Below, piece after piece: positions 21,990 to 35,640 of a stretch of 64,000 nucleotides of DNA; position 1 is the stretch's first letter; the number at the start of each line of letters is the position of its first letter. A program made the translations under genes and the position numbers. A model generated the notes under the pieces. It did not search any database. It saw only the letters and a program-made list of their open reading frames with translations, and was not told the DNA's origin. The stretch comes from Eledone cirrhosa (taxonomy: Eukaryota): contig OZ024741.1 of assembly GCA_964016885.1 (NCBI GenBank), positions 238,142,001 to 238,206,000 on the forward strand. Reading direction: 5' to 3'.

Positions 21990-24389
21990 CTGTGGAACTG
22001 GTGGAAGTCTCCTTTGTGTTGTTGAGAATTTCCACTCATCTGGTAGCTGTTCCATCTCTGGATAAAACTGACTTTTAGATTTTATTGTCTGAAGATTTCT
22101 GTTAAATATCTCTTCTGCATTTCTAGTTATTGCAACAGGATTGTTGGTATGATACAGTAATTGTCTCATCTCAGTCTGAGACAGAAAGTTTGAATTATCT
22201 GCTGTTGTAGGTGAGTTATTGGTGTGATTTATACATCTGAAAACACACAGTGTTATTGACACTACAATAGCCACAGATATTATTACAGCTGCTGCTACAA
22301 TGATAATTACCCAAGTCATATTGAGGTCATTACCAGACTGTAAGTGGACAGCATTCAACATTGGAGATGTATCATTACTAACAAACAATGTTAGTATGAT
22401 AACAGTTGTTGCTGATTGAACTGGAGTACCACCATCTTTCACTATAAACTGTAGGTCATATGTTCCTGCATCATTTTGGTATACTGTCCGAGAGAAAGAT
22501 AAGACACCAGTGTGGGAGTTGACTGTAAACAGGTTTTTATCATTAGATCTCAGTATTCCATATGTGAGGAAAGCATTGTTTCCAGTGTCTTTGTCAGAGG
22601 CTTTCAGAATTGTGATGTCTTTCTTACTGTGTGGATGGTAGTGGACATCTAGATTGTAAGGGTCATTAATAGGGAAGGTAAAATAGGGAGCATTATCATT
22701 TTTATCTAGAATCTCAATAACAATATTGGCAGTGTCATTCAGAGAAGGTGTTCCATTATCTTTGACTAAAACCTGGAATTTATAGATGTCTTTCACTTCC
22801 CGATCTATTGATTGTGATGTAGAAATAAATCCATATTTTGTAAGTTGGAAAGGAATGTTATCATTGTTGTTATCATTGATGATAGAATATGTAAGTAGAC
22901 CTCCATCTTCAAGATCAGGGTCTGTAGCATTGATGAAGCCAATAGGGAAGTCAACTTTCTGGTTTTCATAGGTGAGGAATTGGAATGTATCTTTGGTAAA
23001 ATGTGGCTGTACATCATTGACATCAGTTACTTTCACTGAGAAATATTTCTTAGTTTCTAGTTGAGGTGATCCCATATCATGACATACAATAGATACTTTA
23101 AAGTGATCGTTTATTTCTCTATCAAGATGTCCCTTAACAATTATTTTATATTCTTTAGAATCTATTTTGGCAAGTTTAAATTTATCATGTTTTAAATTAC
23201 AGCTAACTGCACTATTAGGTCCAACATCAGTGTCAGTGACCATAACATAAGCTATAAAACTATCTAGTTCACTGTCTTCTGAAACTGCTGTGGAACTTTC
23301 TGTTAAAGGGGATACAAAATCTATATTTATCACTGGAGCATTATTTTGGTTATTAATAACATTAATTTGAACTGTGATTACTGAACTAAGGGGAGGTTTT
23401 CCTCCATCACGCACTTCAATAAATAATTTATAAGGTTGCATCTTACTAAGGTGAAAATTATCATGTAAAAATATCTCTCCAGTTTTCTTATTCAATACAA
23501 AATATTTCTGGACATTTCGAGATGTTTTATGGTTGAAATGATAAGAAATATTCCCATTGTGTCCAGAATCTAGATCTGTGGCTTTTAAAGTAAGAATTGG
23601 TAAATGTTTTTGATGTGAATTATTTATAGATATGTTGTAGACTTTCTGTGAAAATACAGGTGTATTATCATTAACATCTGTCACAGCTATGTGTACTTTG
23701 AGGGTAGCTGTTTGGGGAGGGTTCCCTCCATCTTTAGCTTCAAGTGTTAACATATATGAATCTTTTACTTCTCTGTCTAATTTCTCTTCCAAAATTAGTT
23801 CAGGTATATAGACACCATCATGTCGCTTCTTGACAGAGAGATAAAATGGTTCTCTCTTATATTTCTTAATAATATATGTAATTTGAGAATTCTTTATTGA
23901 AATATCTTGATCAATGGCATTTGGAAGGGAGATTTTACTTCCTTTCAGGTCTTTTTCAGAAAATTCTATTTCAAATTCATTCTCTGGAAATTCTGGTGAA
24001 TGGTCATTGAGGTCTTCAATTAATATTTTTATCTTAAGAATTTTCATGAAACTTTTTCCTTTCCTCACTGCTACTTTAACAATTCTGGAACATTCCTTGT
24101 TATATGTACACAGTGACTCAGCATCCAGTGTCTGTGTAGTGTATAGTTTTCCTGTGTTGGTGACATTGAATAAGTGAGAACCACTTGACACTGTCCTTTG
24201 TAGTTGTGTAAATGTAATGAGAGTGTGTTGTTGATGTGTAAGAGAGTGTGTTAAGTTAGAATCAACAGCAATGTCTCCTATATAGGTGTGAGGACTGCCT
24301 TCTTCATTGACATGGTATGTAATGTCTATAGACAATACAAGGGTCATCAATAAATGTAGTAGACAGAGTAGAGCAATATATGTTGTCAT
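21990..24389 (-). CDS. Protocadherin G3 large exon (800 codons)
   Basis: Intact signal-6EC-TM ORF; CAG|GTAAAT donor; acceptor at 24427. Confidence 0.95.
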
Positions 24390-24477
24390 GTCTGGAATTC
24401 TTCATCGCACTTCAACAGTAATAATTTCTACAAAAACACAACAGAAATAATCTAAATGAAATAAACAGAATAAGAAA

Positions 24478-24570
24478 TAATTGTTTCTACTATTGGCACA
24501 AGGCCAGCAATTATCCAGTACATTACTGGTACTTTATTTTATCGACCCCGTAAGGATGAAAGGCAAAGTC
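24478..24570 (-). mobile_element. 5'-truncated tRNA-SINE fragment
   Basis: Matches the 3' half of the 9986-10163 family; absent at the paralogous site near 33105. Confidence 0.7.
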
Positions 24571-24829
24571 AAAATAATGATAACAATAATCTAAATTGAG
24601 GAAATGTTATTTTTATCTCCATATGCACTCCAGTGGACAGAAATGAATAACTTTAAATATGTTATCTCTTTTGATCTTGTAATTGTTACAGCTGTATCTC
24701 ACTTGGTTTCATATGAGGGCTGAATAAATAACAAGATGGGGTGGGTGGGTGTAGTATACTGTAAAACGTCCTTGACATTCCATAGTACCTCAATGCTTCT
24801 TACACGGGAGAAGTAAGCACTAAGAACAT

Positions 24830-25762
24830 GGAGCAAGCATGCTCCAGTGGGTGTATAATGTTAATGTAAGTGAACTGAAAGAAAAACTTTGTATAAGAGG
24901 GGTCTGATGCATTGTGCAAAAGAGAAGACTAAGATACTATGGACATGTGATGCATATGGAAGAAATCACATGTATACACTAGTGGAGAAGACTTCCCTGT
25001 TAGCATAAAATGTAACTTGACAACTCCTGCCATCAATGTACACTACCCAGGATCACCACACCATTTCTCTCTTTCTTCACATTGTCAAACATCACTGCAC
25101 TTGTCTTACACTCATAACATACTTTATTTATCAGTTCTCTAATCACATTACCTCTAGAACCACTATATTGAACCTGTCACTCCCATCATTTCTTCTCACT
25201 TACCCCTGATATACCTATCGTACTTCTTATCTCCCAATCCTATACTCACTCAACACCTCCATAGAGTAAAGAGAGGCTTCAGTTAGGTTTATGACCAATA
25301 ACCTCCCTAATGTTGGTGCAAAATAAGACACACATTACATGCTCTACAAAATAGTTGGGGTTAGAAAGGGCTTACAACCATAGAAATCATGGCAAAAGGG
25401 TTGAGAGGAACCTCCAGTCACATCATGCCAAGTTCTCAGGTGCTGGTAACATGAAAAATGTGCCTAGTACACCCTGTAATGTTGTTAGTGATAGGAAGAT
25501 CATCAAGACATAGAAAATTTGCCAAACAAAGGCTTATGAGGACTCTGCAGCTGTGTGACAGGTATGACAAACTCTGTAGTGCTGGTGCTACTATAAAATG
25601 CACTTGGTAAAGCACAAGAACATATGTATGTAACATGTGAGCCCTCTGCCCTTCTGAGCACTCAGCAGAGTGCAGGGACATATGTAAGAAAGATAAGGAC
25701 TATCTGAGAGGTCTATAGTTCCAGGGGAAATGGATATTAAATGGCGATGATGTTGATGATGA
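24830..25762 (+). mobile_element. Old RTE-like relic plus tandem 3' units
   Basis: Paralogous to 16500-17408 and 33680-34660. Confidence 0.55.
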
Positions 25763-26029
25763 CTGAGGTTGGAAAAAGTAACACATAAAAGATGTTTGAT
25801 ATTAAAACAGTCAAATATTAGTTATTAGATGTATGTCTGTGAAGGACAGTCATCATAAGGATTAATGATAATTAGAGAATAAAACAATTCTATAGAATGA
25901 TAGTAGACCTTACAGAACAGTAGACTATATTAAAACTATGTTCCAAAATGTACTAACAACATACTAATAGGAACATTCATTGTTCCCATAGAATATCCTT
26001 TTGTTTTATATAATAACAACTTCACTCTC

Positions 26030-26560
26030 ATTTAAGGGCTAACCCGTGTTGTGATGTCAGCGAAGAAATTTCGGTATACATTGCCCCAGATGATGGCGAG
26101 GGAGATGCATTGGAATAACCATTTCAACTCGTTTGGATCATTCTTGCAGATAGTGAACTCTACCCAGATAGTAGTGAGGAGGGATGTGATCCAGGGGTCA
26201 AGAAATCCTGAAGTCTCTACTACCATAAGCCCGACCACAAACCTAACAGGGAATGACTGATATTTCAACAATTAGTCCCCTTTGGCCTGACAAGTAGCAA
26301 AGAATGGGTTAGTCACCAAATGCACCAAGTTGCCACTGGAAAAGGTGTCACAGTATGTAGCATCCTAGATGGGGAGGCCCACCACCGTGGAATGGGCAGA
26401 TACTCATGCTGTGTGGCCTTTTATCATGCCCTTGTCCCAGACCCACAGGCTTGAGCTGGGTAGGGAAGCCTGCAGTGACCAAGCCATGCTTTATGATCCC
26501 ATTGAGAGCAGCATGTCAGGGGTGGCATGGGGGTTCGGGTGGGAGCATTGTAATATATGA
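26030..26560 (-). mobile_element. CRE-like non-LTR retrotransposon C-terminal restriction-like endonuclease relic
   Basis: Minus strand gives HAALNGIIKHGLVTAGFPTQLKPVGLGQGHDKRP...DATYCDTF...KYQSF...VETSG...DPNELKWLFQCISLAIIWGN, resembling RHxxLNDII..KRPDG..WDAT..DT..KY..VET.G..QRISLAI.RGN. Confidence 0.7.
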
Positions 26561-27902
26561 AAATTTCCTTGAGAGAGTTTGGAGCAATAAATCTAATGAT
26601 TCAGGACATGTTAACATAGATAGGGGATATTTTAAAGAATGATTCAACCACTGACTTCATAGAATATTTTATCTTAAACAAGATGTCAAATATTGAAATT
26701 ATAGAAACAATAGTTATTAAAATAGGAGACAGTGGTATTAATAGCACAGACAATATTTTACCATGCTACAAAAATGATAAATATAAAATATATTCGCAAA
26801 TAACTTTAATGAAACCAAATCTATAATGAGCATTTAGATTGTTTTAGCAAATTATTTGTAATGAAATGATTTTAACCATTTATGTAAATGTAACATTGTA
26901 TATTGTTCTGCTATACATATAATATATGTGGTATGGTTTTTACTAAATAACAACTATAATGTGGTAAATATTATTTTGTACTAACAGCATGATACTTTTT
27001 CTGATTAATTCTTAACACATTTATAAAACATTCATCTATTATTGTCAGAGTTAATATATTTTAACAACTCGTGACAATATCATCAGTTTATATCTCACAT
27101 TAAACATAGTAAGATATCAAGACTAAACTACATTTATCAACGTTTTAATAATAATTCTTATCATATTATTTACATAGAAATATAACATAGATATTTAACA
27201 TGATATATAGGGGTTTTAATTAAAGCTAAAAAAGATTAAGATTTAAGTATTCAATTATTACAGCAACACAGATATAAACTGTTGTGACATATATTATTCA
27301 CAAACAGATTTATTGTCTATCAATAAATAAATTTCAAACAGTTAAATAAATATATACACCTGATACAACTATTTTACACCAATATAGTATATAAAATATA
27401 TAGAAGCAATATATATATATATAAATTAATATCTGTTGTATAATGTCTTGGTTGATTTTGCTATTACTATAAGCAGTTTTTCTAGAGGTATTTGTACTTC
27501 TACTAGTGATGTTGTTGTTGTTAATGGTGGAAGTGATAGCAAGATCTCTCTATCCTCCACACTCAAAATCCCTTTATATATATAACATGGCAGACATATT
27601 CAGCAGTTATCTTAGTCATTGTATTTAATGGTGGAAGGGAAGGCTAGATCTATTTTTTCCTCAGTTCCAGCAGGGGAACTTGGCAATGCATGATGATGAT
27701 GATAATGATACATATATAGAAAGAACTACATAGACAAACATCTAAATATATAGATAGTTAAATAGATAGACAGACAGATAAATAGATAGATATACAATAG
27801 GGTAAACATTTTAGATATAATCCTTTGTCTGTGATTCCCTATGAACACATGATTTAAATGTTATATGGATATGAAAAAATAGAAAAAAAGTGAGAGATTT
27901 AC

Positions 27903-28172
27903 CTTCATTGTTTAATCCTTCACTATAGTTGTGTGTGATGGATGATGTGTATCCTGCTGTAGTGTTCCAGTGTAACTGCTGCTACTGTGTTCTAGCATTA
28001 CTGCTGCTGCTATGGTGTTCCAATGTAACTGCTGGTGTGACAGTAGCTATATGTAGTAGGAGGTGGGATGTTAGCCAGATGGTGTTGGGGTGGTAGTTAC
28101 AACACTATGTCCTCCACACACACAATAGTGTGTATCAGGAACAAAGAAAAAAAATCTATCAGCCTCACTTTG
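27903..28172 (-). other. Leader exon L3 (of G3)
   Basis: Ends ACAATGAAG|GTAAAT. Confidence 0.7.
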
Positions 28173-28225
28173 AATATTGAAAGAAATATAAAATTTCTCT
28201 CATCCAATAGGAAATTACTGGCATG
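28155..28225 (-). promoter_or_regulatory. Promoter P3 (CCAAT 28204-28208)
   Basis: Conserved motif. Confidence 0.65.
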
Positions 28226-29272
28226 TTGTCTGTCTCACACAAACAGATGAAAGTGAAGCAGCTTGATAATTTACATATGCTAACATCTCTACATTACATA
28301 TCTAGTGTTAATAATGAAAGATTTTAATTTTTAATTTGCTATTAATTATTTTAAAACTAATTTTATCATGATTCCTATTTTAAGTATTATTATTTATTTT
28401 GAATTTAAGTAAGAAACGATTTTTGTTGAACAAGAAATAAGTTAAAATATAGTAATTTTAGGGAAATATATTTAAGATTTAACCCTAATGATGTCAATAT
28501 TGAATATATAAAGGAAAGTTATTAATAAAAGATTTTGCCTGTTGCCATGTCAATGTAATGGTGGGAAATAGAAGTATTTTTAATTTATAGTCAAAAATTA
28601 AGCTCTCTTTCATATCTAACTATCTAATTATTATAAAATAGTATAATGAAGTTACACTTTTCTTTTCTGTTTTAACCCATGCTAGCGTGGAAGATAGACA
28701 TTAAACGATGATGATAATGATGATATCATATAATAGGGAAATAATATTGTAAACTGATCAAAATTACTGTATTTCATGCTAGGATTGAAGATTATGAATA
28801 AAGTAAAAAGACCCTAAAATATAAAGTAAAATAGAAGAAATAATAATGAAATATATTTTGACCTATGGTAATATAACAATGTGCCTATTATTTAAGTATC
28901 AAAATGTATAATAAGGAATATAAAGGCTGACATTGCTGATGTTTCATGAGTGAAGCATAGAGTTGATATATTTTTATATCAATATAGAGTATTCTATAAC
29001 ATTTGGTGTGTGTGAGAGAATCATTTAACAATAGTGATACAATAGTATTACAACTGATAGTAGAGTAGCTATTTAAATATAGACAACAGTATATGTAATA
29101 TCTAATGTATCAGAGATGTAAATTCAGGATCATGATATATGCTTTGCAAATAAACTTGTCATGTGTGATGTTTAAAAGAAATACAGAGTTTATATTTTTA
29201 TATCAGTACAAAGTATTCTATAAAATTTGGTGTGTGTGAGAGAATCATTTAACAATAGTAATGGAACATCTA

Positions 29273-29352
29273 CTATGTTGGCTGTAGATATGTATCTTGT
29301 ACTTGTTGTCCCTTTTGTATTGTGGCTGGAACTGGATTGTCATTGGTATATT
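29273..29352 (-). CDS. Protocadherin G4 last coding exon
   Basis: TTTTCCAG acceptor, 80 nt to TAG TAG. Confidence 0.85.
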
Positions 29353-29425
29353 CTGGAAAATATAAAATATAGAAACAGAAATTATATTTCAATATAACAA
29401 CTCTGTAAATATATAAACATTGATG

Positions 29426-29917
29426 ACCTGATAAACTCCGACCTCACACACTTACACCTCTCCAAGACAATGTCACTGGACCGAGATCTTTGGCGGCACT
29501 CAGTAATAGAGCAGACACGCCTTACCTAAATACAAAGTAAAACCTACTACAGTCAGTAGGCATCTCTAACAAAATACACCCCCGTCCCACCACCCCCACC
29601 CCACCCACACCGCCCCTTTCAATGTAAAGTTATGTTGGTGCCACAAGATCCAGGCCGAAACAAATGAGATCGTGTAGGTGTCACGACAAAAAAACACACA
29701 GTCCACGCTGTAATGTGGCCGTGTAGGTAACACGGTAAAAACCTCCCAGTCCCACACTGTAAATGTGGTTGGTGTTAGGAAGGGCATCCAGCTGTAGAAA
29801 ACCCGCCAGACAGTCCTATGCGAGCAAGACAACCACTCTTGCCTCAAGTGGGAAAACTCACGCCCAAACCCATGCAAGCGTGGAACATGGACGTTAAACG
29901 ATGATGATGATGATGAT
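29426..29917 (+). mobile_element. RTE-like retroelement 3' end inserted in the last intron of G4
   Basis: Interrupts AAACATTGATG^TTATATTACAC seen intact in paralogs; ends GGACGTTAAACGATGATGATG. Confidence 0.85.
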
Positions 29918-30004
29918 GTTATATTACACTAAACATAACATTACATATTGTTTTCCAGTAATAAAGAGAATTATATTTCTATGTTATGTTTAGATAAAAG
30001 TTAC

Positions 30005-30152
30005 CTGGTTGTGAAGGTATTTCTTCATATGGTTTAGTCTTGCCAATACTCTTGTAACCTTCTCTGCTTTTTTGTGATGTTAAGGTGTCACTGTTGTAGT
30101 TAGACATGCTGAGACTGGTGCGACCTTCATGACTATGGATTGAATCACATCT
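30005..30152 (-). CDS. Protocadherin G4 148-nt exon
   Basis: Canonical AG/GT; ...KPYEEIPSQP. Confidence 0.85.
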
Positions 30153-30618
30153 CTGTGGATTATGAAAGAAAGCAAAGTGATAACAACCTCATTATAAATA
30201 AATTAAATAAGTAAAAGTCCTAGAAGTGGGAGTAAACTTCTAATATCTTGACCTTTGTAGAGTCTTGTCTTTTGTGAAGCTTATTATAGGAGTGTTTTAC
30301 AAGGTGGTCATTAAATCAATGGAGATTAACATGTGATATAGAATAATTCCAAAAGAAATATGATTATATATTTTCTTTATTGGTGTAAATAAATAGAAAG
30401 CCATTTATGGGTTAAAAATATAAATCTGTAAATATTAAATCTAGTTAATTATATGAAATGTAAAATTCCGTAAAAATGATTTTCTTCCAGTAAAGAAAGG
30501 TTTTATTGTTAATTAGACCCTATAATGTATGACATATTAGAATGTCAATTAAATTGGAAATATTAAAATATGTTTCTAAGTTTAATCAATAGTAGAAGTG
30601 TTGTAAACAAATATTTAC

Positions 30619-33018
30619 CTGTGGAACTGGTGGAAGTCTCCTTTGTGTTGTTGAGAATTTCCACTCATCTGGTAGCTGTTCCATCTCTGGATAAAACTGA
30701 CTTTTAGATTTTATTGTCTGAAGATTTCTAGCAAATATATCTTCTGCATTTCTGGTTATTGCAACAGGATTGTTGGTCTGATACAGTAATTGTCTCATCT
30801 CAGTCTGAGATAGAAAGTTTGGATTATCTGCTGTTGTAGGTGAGTTATTGGTGTGATTAATACATCTGAAAACACACAGTGTTATTGACACTACAATAGC
30901 CACAGATATTATTACAGCTGCTGCTACAATGATAATTACCCAAGTCATATTGAGGTTGTTACCAGACTGTAAGTGGACAGCATTCAACATTGGAGATGTA
31001 TCATTACTAACAAACAGTGTTAGTATGATAACAGTTGTTGCTGATTGAACTGGACTACCACCATCTTTCACTATAAACTGTAGGTCATATGTTCCTGCAT
31101 CATTTTGGTAAACTGTCCGAGAGAAAGATAAGACACCAGTGTGGGAGTTGACTGTAAACAGGTTTTTATCATTAGATCTCAGTATTCCATATGTGAGGAA
31201 AGCATTGTTTCCAGTGTCTTTGTCAGAAGCTTTCAGAATTGTGATGTCTTTCTTACTGTGTGGATGGTAGTGGACATCTAGATTGTAAGGGTCATTAATA
31301 GGAAAGGTAAAATAGGGAGCATTATCATTTTTATCTAGAATCTCAATAACAATATTGGCAGTGTCATTCAGAGAAGGTGTTCCATTATCTTTGACTAAAA
31401 CCTGGAATTTATAGATGTCTTTTACTTCCCGATCTATTGACTGTGATGTAGAAATAAATCCATATTTTGTAAGTTGGAAAGGAATGTTATCATTGTTGTT
31501 ATCATTGATGATAGAATATGTAAGTAGACCTCCATCTTCAAGATCAGGGTCTGTAGCATTGATGAAGCCAATAGGGAAGTCAACTTTCTGGTTTTCATAA
31601 GTGAGGAATTGGAATGTATCTTTGGTAAAATGTGGCTGTACATCATTGACATCAGTTACTTTCACTGAGAAATATTTCTTAGTTTCTAGTTGAGGTGATC
31701 CCATGTCATGACATACAATAGATACTTTATAGTGATCCTTTATTTCTCTATCAAGATGTCCCTTAACAATTAAATTATATTCTTTAGAATCTATTTTGGT
31801 AAGTTTAAATTTATCATGTTTTAAATTACAGCGAACCTCACCATTAGGTCCAACATCAGTGTCAGTGACCATAACATAAGCTATAAAACTATCTAGTTCA
31901 CTGTCTTCTGAAACTCCTGTGGAACTTTCTGTCAAAGGTGATACAAAATCTATATTTATTACTGGAGCATTATTTTGATTATTAATTACATTAATTTGAA
32001 CTGCAGTTACCGAACTCAAAGGAGGTTTTCCTTCATCTCGTGCTTCAATAAATAACTTATAAGATTGCATCTTACTAAAGTTAAAATTATCATGTAAAAA
32101 TATCTCTCCAGTTTTCTTATCTAATACAAAATATTTCTGAGCATTTCGAGATGTTTTATGGTTGAAATGATAAGAAATCTTCCCATTGTGTCCAGAATCT
32201 AGATCTGTGGCTTTTAAAGTAAGAATTGGTAAATGTCTTTGATGTGAATTATTTATAGATATGTTGTAGACTTTCTGTGAAAATACAGGTGTGTTATCAT
32301 TAACATCTGTCACATCTATGTGTACCTCGAGTGTAGCTCTTTGGGGAGAGTTCGCTCCATCTTTAGCTTCAAGTTTTAACATATATGAGTCTTTTATTTC
32401 TCTGTCCAATTTCTCTTCCAGAATTAGTTCAGGTATATAAACACCATCATGTCGCTTTTTGACGGAGAGAGAAAATGGTTCTCTTTCATTTGTTTTAATC
32501 ATGTATGAAATATGAGAATTTCTTAATGAAATATCTTGATCAATGGCATTTGGAAGAGAAATCTTTGCTCCTTTTGTGTCTCTCTCAGTAAATTCAATTT
32601 CAACTTCATTCTTGGGAAACTCTGGTGAATGATCATTGATGTCGTCTATCAATATTTTTACTTTAAGAATTTTCATGAAACTTTTTCCTTTCCTCACTGC
32701 TACTTTAACAATTCTGGAACATTCCTTGTTATATGTACACAGAGACTCAGCATCCAGTGTCTGTGTAGTGTATAGTTTTCCTGTGTTGGTGACATTAAAT
32801 AAGTGAGAACCACTTGACACTGTCCTTTGTAGTTGTGTAAATGTAATGTGAGTGTGTTGTTGATGTGTGAGAGAGTGTGTTAAGTTAGAATCAACAGCAA
32901 TGTCTCCTATATAGGTGTGAGGACTGTCCTCTTCATTGACATGGTATGTAATGTCTATAGACAGTACAAGGGTCATCAGTAAATGTAGTAGACAGAGTAG
33001 ACCAATATATGTTGTCAT
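30619..33018 (-). CDS. Protocadherin G4 large exon (800 codons)
   Basis: Intact signal-6EC-TM ORF; donor CAG|GTAAAT; acceptor at 33056. Confidence 0.95.
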
Positions 33019-33419
33019 GTCTGGAATTCTTCATCACACTTTAGCAGCAGAAATTTCTACAAAAACACAACAGAAATAATCTAAATGAAGTAAATAGAAT
33101 AAGTAATAATAATAACAATAATCTAAATTGAGGAAATGTTATTTTTATCGCCACATACATTCCAGTGGACAGAACTGAATAACTTTAAATATGTTATCTC
33201 TTCCGATATTGTAATGGTTACAGCTGTGTTTTACTTGGTTTCGTATGAGGGTTGAATAGATAACAGGAGTGATGTGGAGTGCTATAGTATAATCTGAAAA
33301 ATCTTGGACATTCTCTGGTAGCTCAATGCTGTACTATTGAAACATGCCAAAATCACATTGATCCCCAATTAACACTTTAAGATGTGTATGTAAACATTAT
33401 GTACCGAAGTATGTACCAA

Positions 33420-34660
33420 GAGCACAATAGAAATAGCTTAACTTGATTGTTCAAGTGGCTCCCTGTAAGTTTTGACAGTTTTTGTTACATAGGTTATCTA
33501 ATCAGCAACAGGGGAAGATGCTATGAAAGTGTTGTAGCCAGGAAAAGAACAGGATGGAAGAAGTTTACAGACTTAGTATCTCTGTTGACAACAAAGAACT
33601 TATCTCACAGAATGATGGGTAAACTGCATGATACATGCATGCAGATTGCAAAACACCTATGAAGGTTAGAAAGAAATGAGATGAGTATACTTCAGTGGAT
33701 GTATAATGTTAGTGTGCATAAATAGTAGCATAAGTGAACTGAAAGAAAAACTGAATAAATGTGCGAAAGAGAAGACTAAGATGGTATGAACAGAAATCTC
33801 AGTGGATGTGATTTGTGGAAAAAGTAGACCTAGGATTAAGCTGAAGTTCATGACAGATGACAAAGGACAGTGAAAGTTGGTCACATGCAGTAGTGGAGAA
33901 GACTCTCCTGCTTGCATAAAATGTGACTTAATAACTCTTGCCATCAATGTACACTACTCAGGACCACCACACCATTCCTCACACTTTCATCACCTTGTCA
34001 AACCCCACCACACATGTGTTACAGTCATAACATACTTTCTTTATCAGTTCTCTAGCCACATCACTACTCTAATTCTTTTTACCTCCCTATCCTATTCCCA
34101 CTCAACACTCCCATAGGGTAAAGAGAGTCTTCAGTCGAGTTTATGAGCAACAATCTCCCTAATATTAGTGCAAAATAAAACATACATTGCACACCCTCCA
34201 AAATGGTTGGTGTTATAAAGGGTTTCCAACCATAGAAATCATGGCAAAAAGGGTGCTGGTAACTTGAAAAATATGTCTAGAAACACCCTGTAATGTTACT
34301 GGTGATATTGAAGTGCATCCAGCTGTAGAAATCATATGAAAAAAAGGTTGAGAGAACTATTCAGTTGCTTAAAAGGGACAACATCTTCTTTAGATTTGGT
34401 AATCAACATGATAAATGCACCTAATACACTCTGTAAAGTGGTTGGAGACGTGAAGTTTGTCAAGCCATTTCAAATCTACCAAAGGCTTAGTAGAACTCAG
34501 CAGCTGTATCAGAAACATGACAAACTCTGCAGTGCTGGTGCTACTATAAAATGCACTTGGTAAAGCACAAGAACATATGTAGGTAAGGTGTGAGCTCCCA
34601 GCCATTCTGAGTACTCAGCTACAAGGGAAAATGGATATTAAATGATGATGATATTGATGA
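33420..34660 (+). mobile_element. RTE-like LINE relic plus tandem 3' units
   Basis: FDSFCYIGYLISNRGRCYESVVARKRTGWKKFTDLVSLL fragment; tail GGATATTAAATGATGATG. Confidence 0.65.
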
Positions 34661-34923
34661 AGACTGAGGTTAGAAAAGGTAACACAAAAGATGTTTGATA
34701 TCAAAACTGTCAAATATTAGTTATTAGATATATTGTCTATGAGGGACAGTCATAAGGATTAATGATAATTAGAGAATAAAACAGTTCTATAGAATGATAG
34801 TAGACCTTACTGAACAGTAGATTATATTAAAACTATGTTCCAAAGTGTACTAACAACACACTAATAGGAACATTCATTGTTCCCATAGAATATTCTATAT
34901 CAGAATGTACTTTTGTTTTATAT

Positions 34924-35100
34924 AATTGTTTCTACTTTTGGCACAAGGCCAATAATTACCCAGTGCATTACTGGTACTTTATTTTATCGACCCCATAAGG
35001 ATGAAAGGCAAAGTTAACCTCTGTGGGATTTGAACCCAGAATGGCAAGAGCTGTAACTCTATGTGTCAAAGCATGGCGTCCGACTCTCTACCGATACTGG
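34924..35100 (-). mobile_element. tRNA-derived SINE
   Basis: Reverse complement of the 9986-10163 family; absent from the paralogous site near 26010. Confidence 0.8.
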
Positions 35101-35109
35101 ACAACTTCC

Positions 35110-35640
35110 CTCGCATTTCAGGGTTAATTCGTCTTGTTGTGCCAGTGAAGATAATTGAGAAAATATTGCCCCAGAAGATGGCAAGAGAGATGCATTAGAA
35201 TAGTGATTACAACTCATGGGGCTTGCTCCTGCATATAGTGAACTTTGCCCAGTAGTGAAAAGAGATGTGATCCAGAGGCCAAGAAATGCTGAAGACTCTA
35301 CTACCATAAGCCCGACCACAAACCTAACAGAGAATGACTGATATTTCAATAATTAGTCCTCTTTGGGCTGACAAGTAGCAAAGAATGGGTTAGTCACCAA
35401 ATGCACCAAGTTGCCACTGGAGAAGGTGTTACAGTATGTACCATCCTAAATGAGGAGGCCCACCACTGTGGAATGGGCAGACACTCATGCTGTGTGGCCT
35501 TTTATCATGCCCTTGTTCCAGACCCACAGGCTTGAGCTGGGTAGGGAAGCCTGCAGTGACCAAGCCATGCTTTATGATCCCATTGAGAGCAGCATGTCAG
35601 GGGTGGCATGGGGGTTCGGGTGGGGGCATTGTAATATATG
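35110..35640 (-). mobile_element. CRE-like retrotransposon relic (segmental-duplication copy of 26030-26560)
   Basis: Near-identical to the first copy, with shared flanks. Confidence 0.7.
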
